Below, piece by piece: positions 1 to 8,035 of a stretch of 64,000 nt of DNA. Numbering within the stretch: position 1 is the stretch's first letter; each line of letters begins with the position of its first letter. Origin of the DNA: Chlorobiota bacterium (GTDB lineage Bacteria > Bacteroidota > Ignavibacteria > Kapaibacteriales > HRBIN21); NCBI GenBank assembly GCA_039630485.1, contig JBCNUX010000001.1:17783-81782 (forward strand). Direction: 5' to 3'. Below the pieces are notes generated by a model. The model was not told the origin of the DNA and searched no databases. It saw only the letters and a list, made by a program, of their open reading frames with translations. Made by a program: the position numbers and the translations under genes.

Positions 1-1
1 C

Positions 2-700
2 TGCACGCTCTTCTTCCCCCTCGAAGGAGACCTCTCGTTCGCTGCTCTGCGCACCGAGGCCGACGTGCTGAACTTCTTCCGTAACCAATTCCCAGACGTT
101 GTGCCACTCATGCCGGCTTTGGCAGAGGAGTTCTTCGCGAACCCTACGGGTAGCCTGCTGACCATCCGCTGCTTTCCGTGGAGCTACGGCGGAAAGGTAC
201 TCCTCTTAGGGGATGCGGCCCATGCCATCGTACCGTTCTACGGTCAGGGGATGAACGCCGGCTTCGAAGACTGCGTGCTCCTACTGCAGTTCCTCCAGCG
301 CTATGATTCGGACTGGGGGATAGCCTTTCGAGCCTTTGAGCGCTTCCGCAAACCCCATGCGGACGCCATTGCGCAGCTAGCTTTGGAGAACTTCGTGGAG
401 ATGCGCGACAAAGTTGCCGATCCATGTTTCCTGCTGCGGAAACGCCTGGAGCAGTACCTTGCCGACCGGTATCCCGACCGTTTCGTGCCGCTCTACACGA
501 TGGTAACCTTCAGCCACATGCCTTACGCGGAAGCGCTTCGGCGTGGGCACCTGCAGGACCGCATCTTAGATGCCCTCGTGGAGCAGACGAAGTCTGAGGA
601 GGACTGGCACGACCCCGCGTTCCAGCAGCTGATGGACCAGCTCGTAGCGGAGCTGGAGCCATGTGACGAGAGGCTGCTACTGGGGGCGCTGGCGGAGTGA
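2..700 (+). CDS. kmo: kynurenine 3-monooxygenase, C-terminal part (5' end lies upstream of window)
   Basis: Frame is open from position 2 with no stop before the ORF-track start at 65. The FAD-binding signature GDAAHAIVPFYGQGMNAGFEDC is typical of KMO/UbiH-family flavin monooxygenases, and the C-terminal region resembles bacterial KMO. Confidence 0.8.
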   Translation, partial: CTLFFPLEGDLSFAALRTEADVLNFFRNQFPDVVPLMPALAEEFFANPTGSLLTIRCFPWSYGGKVLLLGDAAHAIVPFYGQGMNAGFEDCVLLLQFLQRYDSDWGIAFRAFERFRKPHADAIAQLALENFVEMRDKVADPCFLLRKRLEQYLADRYPDRFVPLYTMVTFSHMPYAEALRRGHLQDRILDALVEQTKSEEDWHDPAFQQLMDQLVAELEPCDERLLLGALAE

Positions 701-1024
701 GTCAGCTAGCATTCGCTGCGAACGGGCGAGAGCGGAGTCGAAGATGCGACGGATGAGCTCGGGATCCTGGGCGAACCGGAGGAAGGCTTCCCGGAACTCT
801 TGCTCGCTTGAGTAGCCGTGCTGCCGCAAGAGCTCCCGAACCTGTCGGTTACCCTGAGCAGTGTCCGGATAGAGCTCACGGGCAACGAGAATCTCTGCAT
901 ACGTCTGAGTGAAGCGTTCGGCCTCTGGACTCCACTCGCTCTGGCAGCCCCCCACGAGGGCTGTCAGCACGAGGGCATAGCACTGCCTTCGTATGAGCCT
1001 GCTCCAAGACAGGAGGCCATCCAT
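677..1024 (-). CDS. hypothetical lipoprotein (115 aa)
   Basis: Signal peptide with a lipobox-like LVGGC. No recognisable catalytic motif. Convergent with a 24-nt overlap onto the kmo 3' end. Confidence 0.35.
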   Translation of the reverse strand: MDGLLSWSRLIRRQCYALVLTALVGGCQSEWSPEAERFTQTYAEILVARELYPDTAQGNRQVRELLRQHGYSSEQEFREAFLRFAQDPELIRRIFDSALARSQRMLADSLRQRPQ

Positions 1025-2103
1025 TGGTAGACCCTATCCCCGTGCTCAGCGTAGGCGAAGATATAGCCCGTGTACCACTCCGCTAGGCTAGCGCCATCTG
1101 CGAGGGCACTAGAGAGATCGCTGGGACTTAGGATTCCACCAGCAGCAATGATGTAGAACTCGCGCTGGGGCCGCCGCTGGGCCAACCATTGGGTAGCAAA
1201 TCGGACCAACTGCCGGCGTCGGTCAGCGATCGGGGCTCCGCTGACCCCACCGCCGATGCGTCGCCAGAAGGCAACGAAGTCGGGGCGCTCTTGCTCTGCG
1301 ATGGCTGGTAGGAGCGCCTCGTAGGCCGTAGAGGTGTTCCCGATGCAGAGCCCGTCGTACCCAAGTTCGAGCAAGAGCTCCAAAAGAGCAGCAAGGAGCT
1401 CCGGTGCTAGGTCAACCGAGACCTTGACGATGACCGGGACAAAGCGCTCTCGGCACGAGAGGAAATGCTCAGCAATCCACCGAAGACGGGCTTCCAAAGA
1501 ACCCCAAGCAGGATCGTGAGGTACGTTCGGACAGCTCTCGTTGAGCTCCAGGAAATCGACGCCAGCGGCTACGTAAAGCTGCATACCTTCCCGCAGGAGG
1601 TGTAGAGCCTCTGACGGGGGAAGCTCTGGATCTAGAGCGACGCTAGCGCCCACCGGGAAATCAGGATATCGTGGCAACCGCTCTAGGATTCGAGCAACGG
1701 CAGCATGCCCGGGGTTCGGGAGACCAAGCGCATTGAGAGCAGCTCGTGATCGGACGTAACTCATGAAGGGCTGACGGATTCCGTTCCAGCGAAGCCCTGG
1801 ACGGGGATGGCTCGTGGTGGTCCCTACCAAGTAGGCCCCTGCGCCCTGGTGATATGCCCAGTTGTATCCTTCAGCGTACTTGAACATCCCGGCAGCATTG
1901 AACAGTGGGAAGCGGAAGCTCAATCCCCAGAGCTGGCGTTGGAAGGCAGGGGGTGGAGCGAAGCTCTCTTGGGGGGATTGGGAAGTCAACAGCCTCCACA
2001 GGAAGCGGCGTCCCCAACTGTTGAGCCTCAAGGCTAGCGGGAATGGCAAAGGGAGTAGTCGGGCCTGGTGCCCCTGCCGCAGAAGGTGCTGTCCCCAGCT
2101 CAT
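964..2103 (-). CDS. pyrD: dihydroorotate dehydrogenase-family flavoenzyme (divergent; class-1-like NxSCPN motif)
   Basis: FPLFNAAGMFK resembles the DHOD N-terminal GLAAGFDK. LNESCPNVP matches the class-1 DHOD catalytic-Cys loop. IIAAGGILSPSDLSSALADGASLAEWYTGYIF matches the C-terminal FMN-binding region. Start chosen at the internal Met (MSWGQ), which abuts the rpoN stop at 2100. Confidence 0.65.
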   Translation of the reverse strand: MSWGQHLLRQGHQARLLPLPFPLALRLNSWGRRFLWRLLTSQSPQESFAPPPAFQRQLWGLSFRFPLFNAAGMFKYAEGYNWAYHQGAGAYLVGTTTSHPRPGLRWNGIRQPFMSYVRSRAALNALGLPNPGHAAVARILERLPRYPDFPVGASVALDPELPPSEALHLLREGMQLYVAAGVDFLELNESCPNVPHDPAWGSLEARLRWIAEHFLSCRERFVPVIVKVSVDLAPELLAALLELLLELGYDGLCIGNTSTAYEALLPAIAEQERPDFVAFWRRIGGGVSGAPIADRRRQLVRFATQWLAQRRPQREFYIIAAGGILSPSDLSSALADGASLAEWYTGYIFAYAEHGDRVYQWMASCLGAGSYEGSAMPSC

Positions 2104-3779
2104 GCAAGCTCTTTCCGCTTCCACATGGCAGGGAAGCCTAATTCCTCTCGGTACTTGGCGACGGTCCGTCGAGAGATCTGGTATCCCATCTTTCGAAGCT
2201 CCTCAGCTAACTGGTTATCGCTGAGGGGTGACTTGGGGTCCTCCCGTTCCAGCAGCTCTCGCAACTTCTGCTTGACCACTTCCACAGAGACTCCGCCCTC
2301 GCCCTCTGTGCTTGGAAGGGCTTCTGAGAAGAGGTCCTTTAGCGCGAAGACTCCGAAGTCGGTCATTACGGACTTGTTCGCCACGGCCCGGCAGACTGTG
2401 GAAGTATCCAGCCCACTCTCTCGAGCAACATCGGCATAGATCATCGGCTTGAGATGTTCTGGTCCATGCTCGAAGAAGTCCCGCTGGAGTTTGATAATCG
2501 CCGTCATGATGCGGGCAAGGGTCTCTTTGCGTTGTTGGAGTGCACTAAGGAGTGCTCGGGCTTTGGTGTAGTACTCTTGACGCCAGGCAGATAGGTTCCG
2601 CTTGGCTTGCTCACGGAGGGGAGAGTGTCGAGAGAGCTGCTTCAGTCTCTCCATCAGACGGTTAATGCTTACCCTCGGGAGGGAGGAATCGTTGAACGAA
2701 AGGGTCGGTTCGCCGGTCTCGGGATCTCGGGTGACAATGAAATCGGGGGATCGTTGCTGTGCAGGCTCGGAGAGGGTACCTCCAGGGGCAGGATTGAGGT
2801 GGCGAAGGATTTCTAGGGCGTCACGTAGCATCTCAGGGGTCAATTCATCACCGAAGTACTTAATGACTTCGGACCACGTGCGGCGGGTCAGGCTCGGGAA
2901 AGCCTCCTTGAGGATGCGGAGTGCCCAGCGTTCAGCTTCACTCTGGAGTGGCCGAGCCTCTAACTGGGCAACGAGGCATTCTTGGAGATTACGGGCAGCG
3001 AGGCCAGGCGGGTCTAGCTCTCGCTGCAGCCGCCAGAGTAGGCGTTCTGCCTGTTCGTAATTCAGCGGTTGGAGTAGCATCACCGAGGGGAGCTCATGGT
3101 GGAGGACCAGGTGTGCTGCCACAGGATCCAGAGCATACTGATGGGCAGGGTTATCAGATGTGCTCCGCCGAGTAGAGAGGAGGTGTTCTGTGTTCAACTC
3201 AGCGATCCGCGCATTTGCATTGGCGAGGATGTCACTGAGAGATTCCCGAAGGTAGCCGTTGTGGTCCAGGTTGCCGATGATCTCTTCAGCAAGGATACGC
3301 TCCTCAGGGGTCAGATTCAAGAGGGCTATCTGCTGCAGCAACTCTTCGTGGAAGCTGGGGCGTGCATCAGGCTGGAAAGGCTCTTCCTCCTCCTCTCCAT
3401 CACCTTCTGCAGGCGAGGGAGCCTGGGGCTGCCAGAACATGGAGTGGAAGATGAATGGGTCAAGGAGCGTGTCGTACCCTGTTGTGTCTGGCGTTCGTAG
3501 TTGCTCGCCTGCGCTTTCCAGGGCAGCTTCTTCAGTGCCCCTCTCTTCAGACTCTGCTTCGGGAGTGTCTGATACCTCCAGCCGTTGTGGCTCTTCCTTC
3601 TGGGACTCTTCTAGCTCCAGGTAGGGGTTCTCAGCTAACTGGCTCAGCAGCTCTTCTTCCAACTCGTCGTGTGGTAACGTGAGCAGTTTCTGGAATAGTG
3701 CTTGCTGTTGGATGAGAGCAGGATTGAGCTTGAGCTGCTGACGTAGGCCATGGGTGAGTTGGAGCCTCTGCTGGGGCAT
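2100..3779 (-). CDS. rpoN: RNA polymerase sigma-54 factor
   Basis: 559 aa with a Gln/Leu-rich N-terminus and an acidic linker. The C-terminal RpoN box is RRTVAKYREELG. Confidence 0.9.
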   Translation of the reverse strand: MPQQRLQLTHGLRQQLKLNPALIQQQALFQKLLTLPHDELEEELLSQLAENPYLELEESQKEEPQRLEVSDTPEAESEERGTEEAALESAGEQLRTPDTTGYDTLLDPFIFHSMFWQPQAPSPAEGDGEEEEEPFQPDARPSFHEELLQQIALLNLTPEERILAEEIIGNLDHNGYLRESLSDILANANARIAELNTEHLLSTRRSTSDNPAHQYALDPVAAHLVLHHELPSVMLLQPLNYEQAERLLWRLQRELDPPGLAARNLQECLVAQLEARPLQSEAERWALRILKEAFPSLTRRTWSEVIKYFGDELTPEMLRDALEILRHLNPAPGGTLSEPAQQRSPDFIVTRDPETGEPTLSFNDSSLPRVSINRLMERLKQLSRHSPLREQAKRNLSAWRQEYYTKARALLSALQQRKETLARIMTAIIKLQRDFFEHGPEHLKPMIYADVARESGLDTSTVCRAVANKSVMTDFGVFALKDLFSEALPSTEGEGGVSVEVVKQKLRELLEREDPKSPLSDNQLAEELRKMGYQISRRTVAKYREELGFPAMWKRKELA

Positions 3780-3851
3780 TGCTACGTAATGCTGAATGTG
3801 CGGGGCATCTACAAAACTACGGAAAAGGGCTATCGGGCGTGATGAGGCTCT

Positions 3852-5156
3852 CTACTCGAGGGCCCGCAAGAGTGCGGCGAGCTCGCGTTCTAGTGCCTGC
3901 TTCAGTTCTCGGACCTCTTCGCAAGCTGGGACAAAGTCGCGCAGGAACTGTTCCAGGACACGCTTGTTCTGCTGTACGGTCTGGTCGGCACCTCCAAACG
4001 TCTCTTTGAGCCACTCCAGGAATGTTCGACGGAGAGGCGAGTTGGTGAGGCTGCTCAGCGGTTTAAAGAAGAGACTGCGGTCCTGTTGGAGTTGTTCTAG
4101 CAGCGACTGGAAGGATAGCAGGAGCTGCAGTTGTTCAAAACCGTGGGAGGCATGGAGGGAGTGGAGGACTGTTGTGTAAGCCCGCCGGAAGAGCTCCACT
4201 TCCTCTGGTACCCCCACAGTGGCGAAGAGGAAGTAGAGCTTGCCAATGTCCTCCACAACCACTTCGTCTCGCCCGTGGAGGAGGGCTATGGCACGGAGCA
4301 GATTCAAGGATTTGGCCTGGGTTCGGGGTGAGATATAGTAGTCGATCGGTGGGGCGGCCCCGCGGTATTGCTCACGGAGGGCGCGATTGCGAAGCACTTC
4401 GTACTGGCGGATGACAAGGTTAGCGAAGTAAACCAGCTCGGGCCGAATACGGATTTGCCGACTATTCTGACCGGTGGCGATACTGTGGACGTAGCGGAGG
4501 AGCGCAAATGGAATCTGCTCGGGCGGCTGAGCTGGCTTGCCTCCGTGCAGCAAGAACTGCTGGGCAATTTTGTACTGGATGTACGGCTCTTTGTCGGGAA
4601 GGATGAGGGCCTTGTAGAGGAAGCGGTCTAGGATTGCCTCGGTGATCTCACTGACCCGCAGGTAGTTTGTAGCTGCGATGACGGTATGCAGCTTCGCTGG
4701 TACGCACTGCACCCCTCGCATGAGCTGTCGCTCGTTGAGAACTGATAAAAGTGCCCGGAGAGTGAAGTCGTTGGCGTCGAAGATCTCGTCGATGAAGGCA
4801 AACTCGCAGTCCACGATGGACCCTTCAATGTTGTGGACAATGCGGCCGTGCTTGAGCTCCTCGATATCCAGGGCACCAAAGTAGGTGTCGGGCTGCTGTT
4901 CTTTACTGGCTTGGACACGGAAGACGTGAACCCCGGAGAACATCTGGAAGATCTGCTCTGCCAGTAGGCTCTTGCCGACCCCTGTCCGGCTCTGCAGGAG
5001 TAAGTGCTCCCCAGTGATGAGAGCGCAGAACGCCTGTTCCACCACCTCTTCACGGTTGACCACCCGGCGGCAGACAAAATCGGCTGCTTGCTTGAACTTG
5101 CGCGAGATTGCCTCGAAGCTCCAACTGTGGTATTCGTCCTGCATGTTCGCTGGCAT
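3852..5156 (-). CDS. MoxR/RavA-like AAA+ ATPase
   Basis: Walker A TGVGKSLLAEQIF, Walker B FIDEIF, and LNERQLMRG...VIAATN...LDRF that aligns to the RavA AAA_5 core (INERQFRNG...LVAASN...LYDR). The ORF-track N-terminus (5157-5402) overlaps tRNA-Pro on the other strand, so the start was moved to the Met in MPANMQDEY. Confidence 0.7.
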   Translation of the reverse strand: MPANMQDEYHSWSFEAISRKFKQAADFVCRRVVNREEVVEQAFCALITGEHLLLQSRTGVGKSLLAEQIFQMFSGVHVFRVQASKEQQPDTYFGALDIEELKHGRIVHNIEGSIVDCEFAFIDEIFDANDFTLRALLSVLNERQLMRGVQCVPAKLHTVIAATNYLRVSEITEAILDRFLYKALILPDKEPYIQYKIAQQFLLHGGKPAQPPEQIPFALLRYVHSIATGQNSRQIRIRPELVYFANLVIRQYEVLRNRALREQYRGAAPPIDYYISPRTQAKSLNLLRAIALLHGRDEVVVEDIGKLYFLFATVGVPEEVELFRRAYTTVLHSLHASHGFEQLQLLLSFQSLLEQLQQDRSLFFKPLSSLTNSPLRRTFLEWLKETFGGADQTVQQNKRVLEQFLRDFVPACEEVRELKQALERELAALLRALE

Positions 5157-5221
5157 GGCTCGTAGAAGAAAAATTAGGGCAATTCCGCTGACGGGTGGGG
5201 ATATGGGCGCGAGAGATTCTG

Positions 5222-5229
5222 TATCTTTG
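5222..5229 (+). promoter_or_regulatory. candidate Bacteroidetes-type -7 promoter element TATCTTTG (TAnnTTTG), 9 nt upstream of tRNA-Pro
   Basis: Exact match to the TAnnTTTG consensus. Its position predicts a transcription start site at about the mature tRNA 5' end. No clear -33 TTG is present. Confidence 0.35.
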
Positions 5230-5238
5230 CTTGCCAGT

Positions 5239-5314
5239 CGGGGCGTAGCGCAGCCTGGTTGAGCGCGCTTGGTTTGGGACCAAGAGGTCGTGGGTTCGAA
5301 TCCCACCGCCCCGA
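5239..5314 (+). tRNA. tRNA-Pro (anticodon TGG)
   Basis: Hand-folded cloverleaf of 76 nt. Acceptor CGGGGCG/CGCCCCG, D-stem GCGC/GCGC with GG in the loop, anticodon stem CTTGG/CCAAG with loop TTTGGGA (anticodon TGG), T-arm GTGGG-TTCGAAT-CCCAC, discriminator A. CCA is not encoded. Confidence 0.85.
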
Positions 5315-5346
5315 CTAGAAGTGGTGCTGCGTAGTGGCGTAGGGAG

Positions 5347-5835
5347 ATGCGATACGTGGTGGCAGTAGGGGCGCTCGCCCTCCTTGCCTGTACGCAGAGC
5401 ACACAGCCGGAGGGAGTTGCTGAGCGGCTTACGTTGCAAGCCTTGCGCTCTACTCCCGGATTTGCGTGGTTTGAGGCAGAGTTCCAAGCGTACCAGCCAG
5501 ACTCAGCGCTGGTGCAGCAGATCCGGACAGCATATGTTCCGGGACAGTATCGCTTCTACGTTTACGTTAAGCCGACGTGCTCATGTGTAGGGACGCAGAA
5601 GCTCTTCCCGCGCTTCTTGCGAATCCTCCATGAGGTCGGTGTGCCAGAGGGGGAGTGCGAAATCTACGCGATGTACACTGCTGCCGACAAACATCCCCAC
5701 CAGCAGTGGCTCCACATACAGACCCTGCCGTCCTTCTTCATCGCTCGCGAGCGGGAGATTCGAGGAAGCATCCTCGGGGAGTTGCCACCGGGCAAGACGT
5801 TGGAGCAGGTGATCTTGGAAGCTTTGCGACGTTGA
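5347..5835 (+). CDS. hypothetical lipoprotein (162 aa)
   Basis: Signal peptide ending in the lipobox LLAC. A CSC motif is present, but it is not a thioredoxin CxxC. No confident family assignment. Confidence 0.5.
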   Translation: MRYVVAVGALALLACTQSTQPEGVAERLTLQALRSTPGFAWFEAEFQAYQPDSALVQQIRTAYVPGQYRFYVYVKPTCSCVGTQKLFPRFLRILHEVGVPEGECEIYAMYTAADKHPHQQWLHIQTLPSFFIAREREIRGSILGELPPGKTLEQVILEALRR

Positions 5836-5839
5836 GGAT

Positions 5840-6460
5840 TTACCCTGGGGACTGCGGGAGGAGTCGTCGGACGTGTTCCCAGACAGTGGCGTGAACTCGT
5901 TCAGGTGAGGAGGAGGCCTCTATGCAGACAACCCGTTCTGGCTCTCGGCGGGCAATTTCCCAGTACCCCTGCCGGACACGCTCGAAGAACTCATATCCTG
6001 AGCGCTCCATGCGGTCTCCTTTCTGGCTGCGTTGGATAGCTACCTCCACAGGGACGTCCAGGAAGAGCGTCAAAGCTGGCTTGAGGCCGCCAGTGGCAAT
6101 GTGATTGCAGAGCAGCACCTGGTCTATCGGCAGACCACGACCATACCCTTGGTATGCGGTGGTGGAGTCTGCAAAGCGGTCACAGAGTACGATAGCACCA
6201 GCCGCTAATGCCGGACGGATTGCACTCTCAACGAGCTGGGCGCGTGCTGCGTTGAACAGCAGCATCTCTGCTACAGGGACGATCTCCGTAGGGGTGTAGA
6301 GGAGAAGCTGACGGATGGATTCTGAGAGTGGAGTTGCCCCAGGCTCTCGAAAGACCTGGACAGTGTAGCCTAGCGACCGTAGCCGTTCGGCGAGGAGCTC
6401 AACTTGGGTTGATTTCCCGCAGCCATCGAGGCCTTCGAAGCTGATGAGTATGCCCTTCAC
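5840..6460 (-). CDS. tmk: thymidylate kinase
   Basis: ISFEGLDGCGKSTQ P-loop, DRF/YxxS motif and LID-region Arg residues. Start set at the GTG giving (M)KGILISFEG, which overlaps the rsmI stop by 4 nt. Confidence 0.85.
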   Translation of the reverse strand: MKGILISFEGLDGCGKSTQVELLAERLRSLGYTVQVFREPGATPLSESIRQLLLYTPTEIVPVAEMLLFNAARAQLVESAIRPALAAGAIVLCDRFADSTTAYQGYGRGLPIDQVLLCNHIATGGLKPALTLFLDVPVEVAIQRSQKGDRMERSGYEFFERVRQGYWEIARREPERVVCIEASSSPERVHATVWEHVRRLLPQSPG

Positions 6461-7164
6461 GACGCCGCTCCCTGCAGGATTACCACACACTCACCTTGGA
6501 TTCGCGGGCGCTGCTCCAAGATACGGCAGCATTCGGCGAGGGTACCGCGGAGATACTCCTCGTTGAACTTGCTAAGCTCGCGGGCAATGCAGACACGACG
6601 GTCAGGGGAGCAAAGCTCAACGAGGTCACGCAGCAGCAGTAGGAGTCGGTGAGGGGCCTCGTAGATGACACTGGTCCAGGGGCATGCTGCAATCGCCTCC
6701 AGTCGCTCTCGGCGTTGGCTACCACGGACGGGCGGGAAACCCCAGAAGACGAACGGCTGCGGAGGGAGTCCGCTGCCAACGAGAGCAGGTATCAGTGCTG
6801 TTGGTCCTGGGAGGACGGTGATGCCATAGCCTGCCTCGAGTACCTGCCGAATGAGGCGAGCCCCAGGGTCGGAGATTCCAGGCGTACCAGCGTCACTCAC
6901 CAGCGCGACGCTCTTTCCCTCCTGCAGGAGGCGCAGAAGCTCTGCAGCACAGCGGGTCTCTGTGTGTTCATCGCAGCGTAGGAGGCGGCGGGGGACGATC
7001 CCATACGCTTTCAACAGCAGTCCTGTTCGGCGGGTATCCTCGCAGGCGATGGCTTCCGCGTTGTGCAGCACATGCAGCGCTCGCAGGGTGATGTCCCCGC
7101 GGTTTCCGATGGGAGTCGGCACCACGTAGAGCTTATTCTGAAGCGGCTCCGGTGTCCACTCCAC
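6457..7164 (-). CDS. rsmI: 16S rRNA (cytidine1402-2'-O)-methyltransferase
   Basis: LYVVPTPIGN...DITLRAL...CEDTRRT...SDAGTPGISDPG motifs of RsmI/tetrapyrrole-methylase-like enzymes. The ORF-track N-terminus (about 120 aa, low complexity) overlaps the upstream gene and was trimmed to the GTG before KTVEWTPEPLQNKLYVV. The start is uncertain. Confidence 0.7.
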   Translation of the reverse strand: MEWTPEPLQNKLYVVPTPIGNRGDITLRALHVLHNAEAIACEDTRRTGLLLKAYGIVPRRLLRCDEHTETRCAAELLRLLQEGKSVALVSDAGTPGISDPGARLIRQVLEAGYGITVLPGPTALIPALVGSGLPPQPFVFWGFPPVRGSQRRERLEAIAACPWTSVIYEAPHRLLLLLRDLVELCSPDRRVCIARELSKFNEEYLRGTLAECCRILEQRPRIQGECVVILQGAAS

Positions 7165-8035
7165 GGTCTTCGGCTCGTAGCTGTTGGAAAAACCGACGGA
7201 GGAGTGCGGCAGACTCTTCGGCCAAAACTCCCCTGCGGACGGCGCAACGGTGGTTGAGTCGCTCGTCCTCCACGATGTTGTAGAGGGTTCCGCAGGCCCC
7301 CGCTCGGAGGTCGGGGGCACCGTAGACCAGGCGCTGGATTCGTGACCAGACAATCGCTCCTGCACACATGGGGCAGGGTTCCAGGGTAACGTAGAGGGTG
7401 CAGCCTTCAAGGCGACGTCCGAGGTGCTTAGAGGCCTGTCGGATGGCATTGACTTCAGCGTGGAGCGTAGCGTCCCCGCCGCGCTCAACGGCATTGCGCC
7501 CACGTGCGACAATGCGTCCATCTCGGACGATGACTGCGCCCACGGGGACTTCCCCCTCGTGGAATGCCCGTTGCGCCTCCAAGAGGGCTATCCGCATGAA
7601 GAGGACATCGGTCTCGACACTCGTCGGGTCCAGGAGCCACGGGAGTACAAGGCAGAATTCCCGGTCCCCCTCCAAGACGTTGTACCGTTCTAAGTCCGAA
7701 AGAGGGGCCCAGGCCACCTGGGAGATGCCCGTCCGCGGCTGGGGGACTCCGGTCCACCTTTCTACGGCGTAGAAGTGAAGGCGAAAACGCTTGCCGTCAG
7801 GATACTCAAACTCCGTCAGCCAGAGGTTAGCTCCTACTTGGGCAGCAATGCCCAGCTCCTCTCGAAGCTCGCGGCGCAGGGCCTCTTCAGGGCTTTCGTT
7901 GGGTTCTACCTTGCCACCGGGGAACTCCCACTGGAGCGGGTATGGGACATCTGGTGCGCGCTGGCACAGGAGGACGTGCTGGTCGGACACGAGGACGCCG
8001 GCGACGACATCCACTGCGGTCATAGCGTCAGCCAT
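7133..8035 (-). CDS. tadA: Nudix hydrolase - tRNA adenosine(34) deaminase fusion
   Basis: The N-terminal approximately 135 aa carry the Nudix box GGKVEPNESPEEALRRELREELG. The C-terminal region carries the CDA-fold zinc motifs HAEVNAI and LYVTLEPCPMCAGAI, typical of TadA. Confidence 0.8.
   Translation of the reverse strand: MADAMTAVDVVAGVLVSDQHVLLCQRAPDVPYPLQWEFPGGKVEPNESPEEALRRELREELGIAAQVGANLWLTEFEYPDGKRFRLHFYAVERWTGVPQPRTGISQVAWAPLSDLERYNVLEGDREFCLVLPWLLDPTSVETDVLFMRIALLEAQRAFHEGEVPVGAVIVRDGRIVARGRNAVERGGDATLHAEVNAIRQASKHLGRRLEGCTLYVTLEPCPMCAGAIVWSRIQRLVYGAPDLRAGACGTLYNIVEDERLNHRCAVRRGVLAEESAALLRRFFQQLRAEDRGVDTGAASE

Noticed and set aside
5157-5402. N-terminal 82 codons of the 516-aa AAA ATPase ORF
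   Set aside because: They run antisense across a well-folded tRNA-Pro, and the sequence is low complexity. Start moved to the Met at MPANMQ.
5347-5835. Thioredoxin-like call for the lipoprotein with a CSC motif
   Set aside because: The motif is CxC, not CxxC, and no thioredoxin-fold landmarks were recognisable. Kept as a hypothetical lipoprotein.
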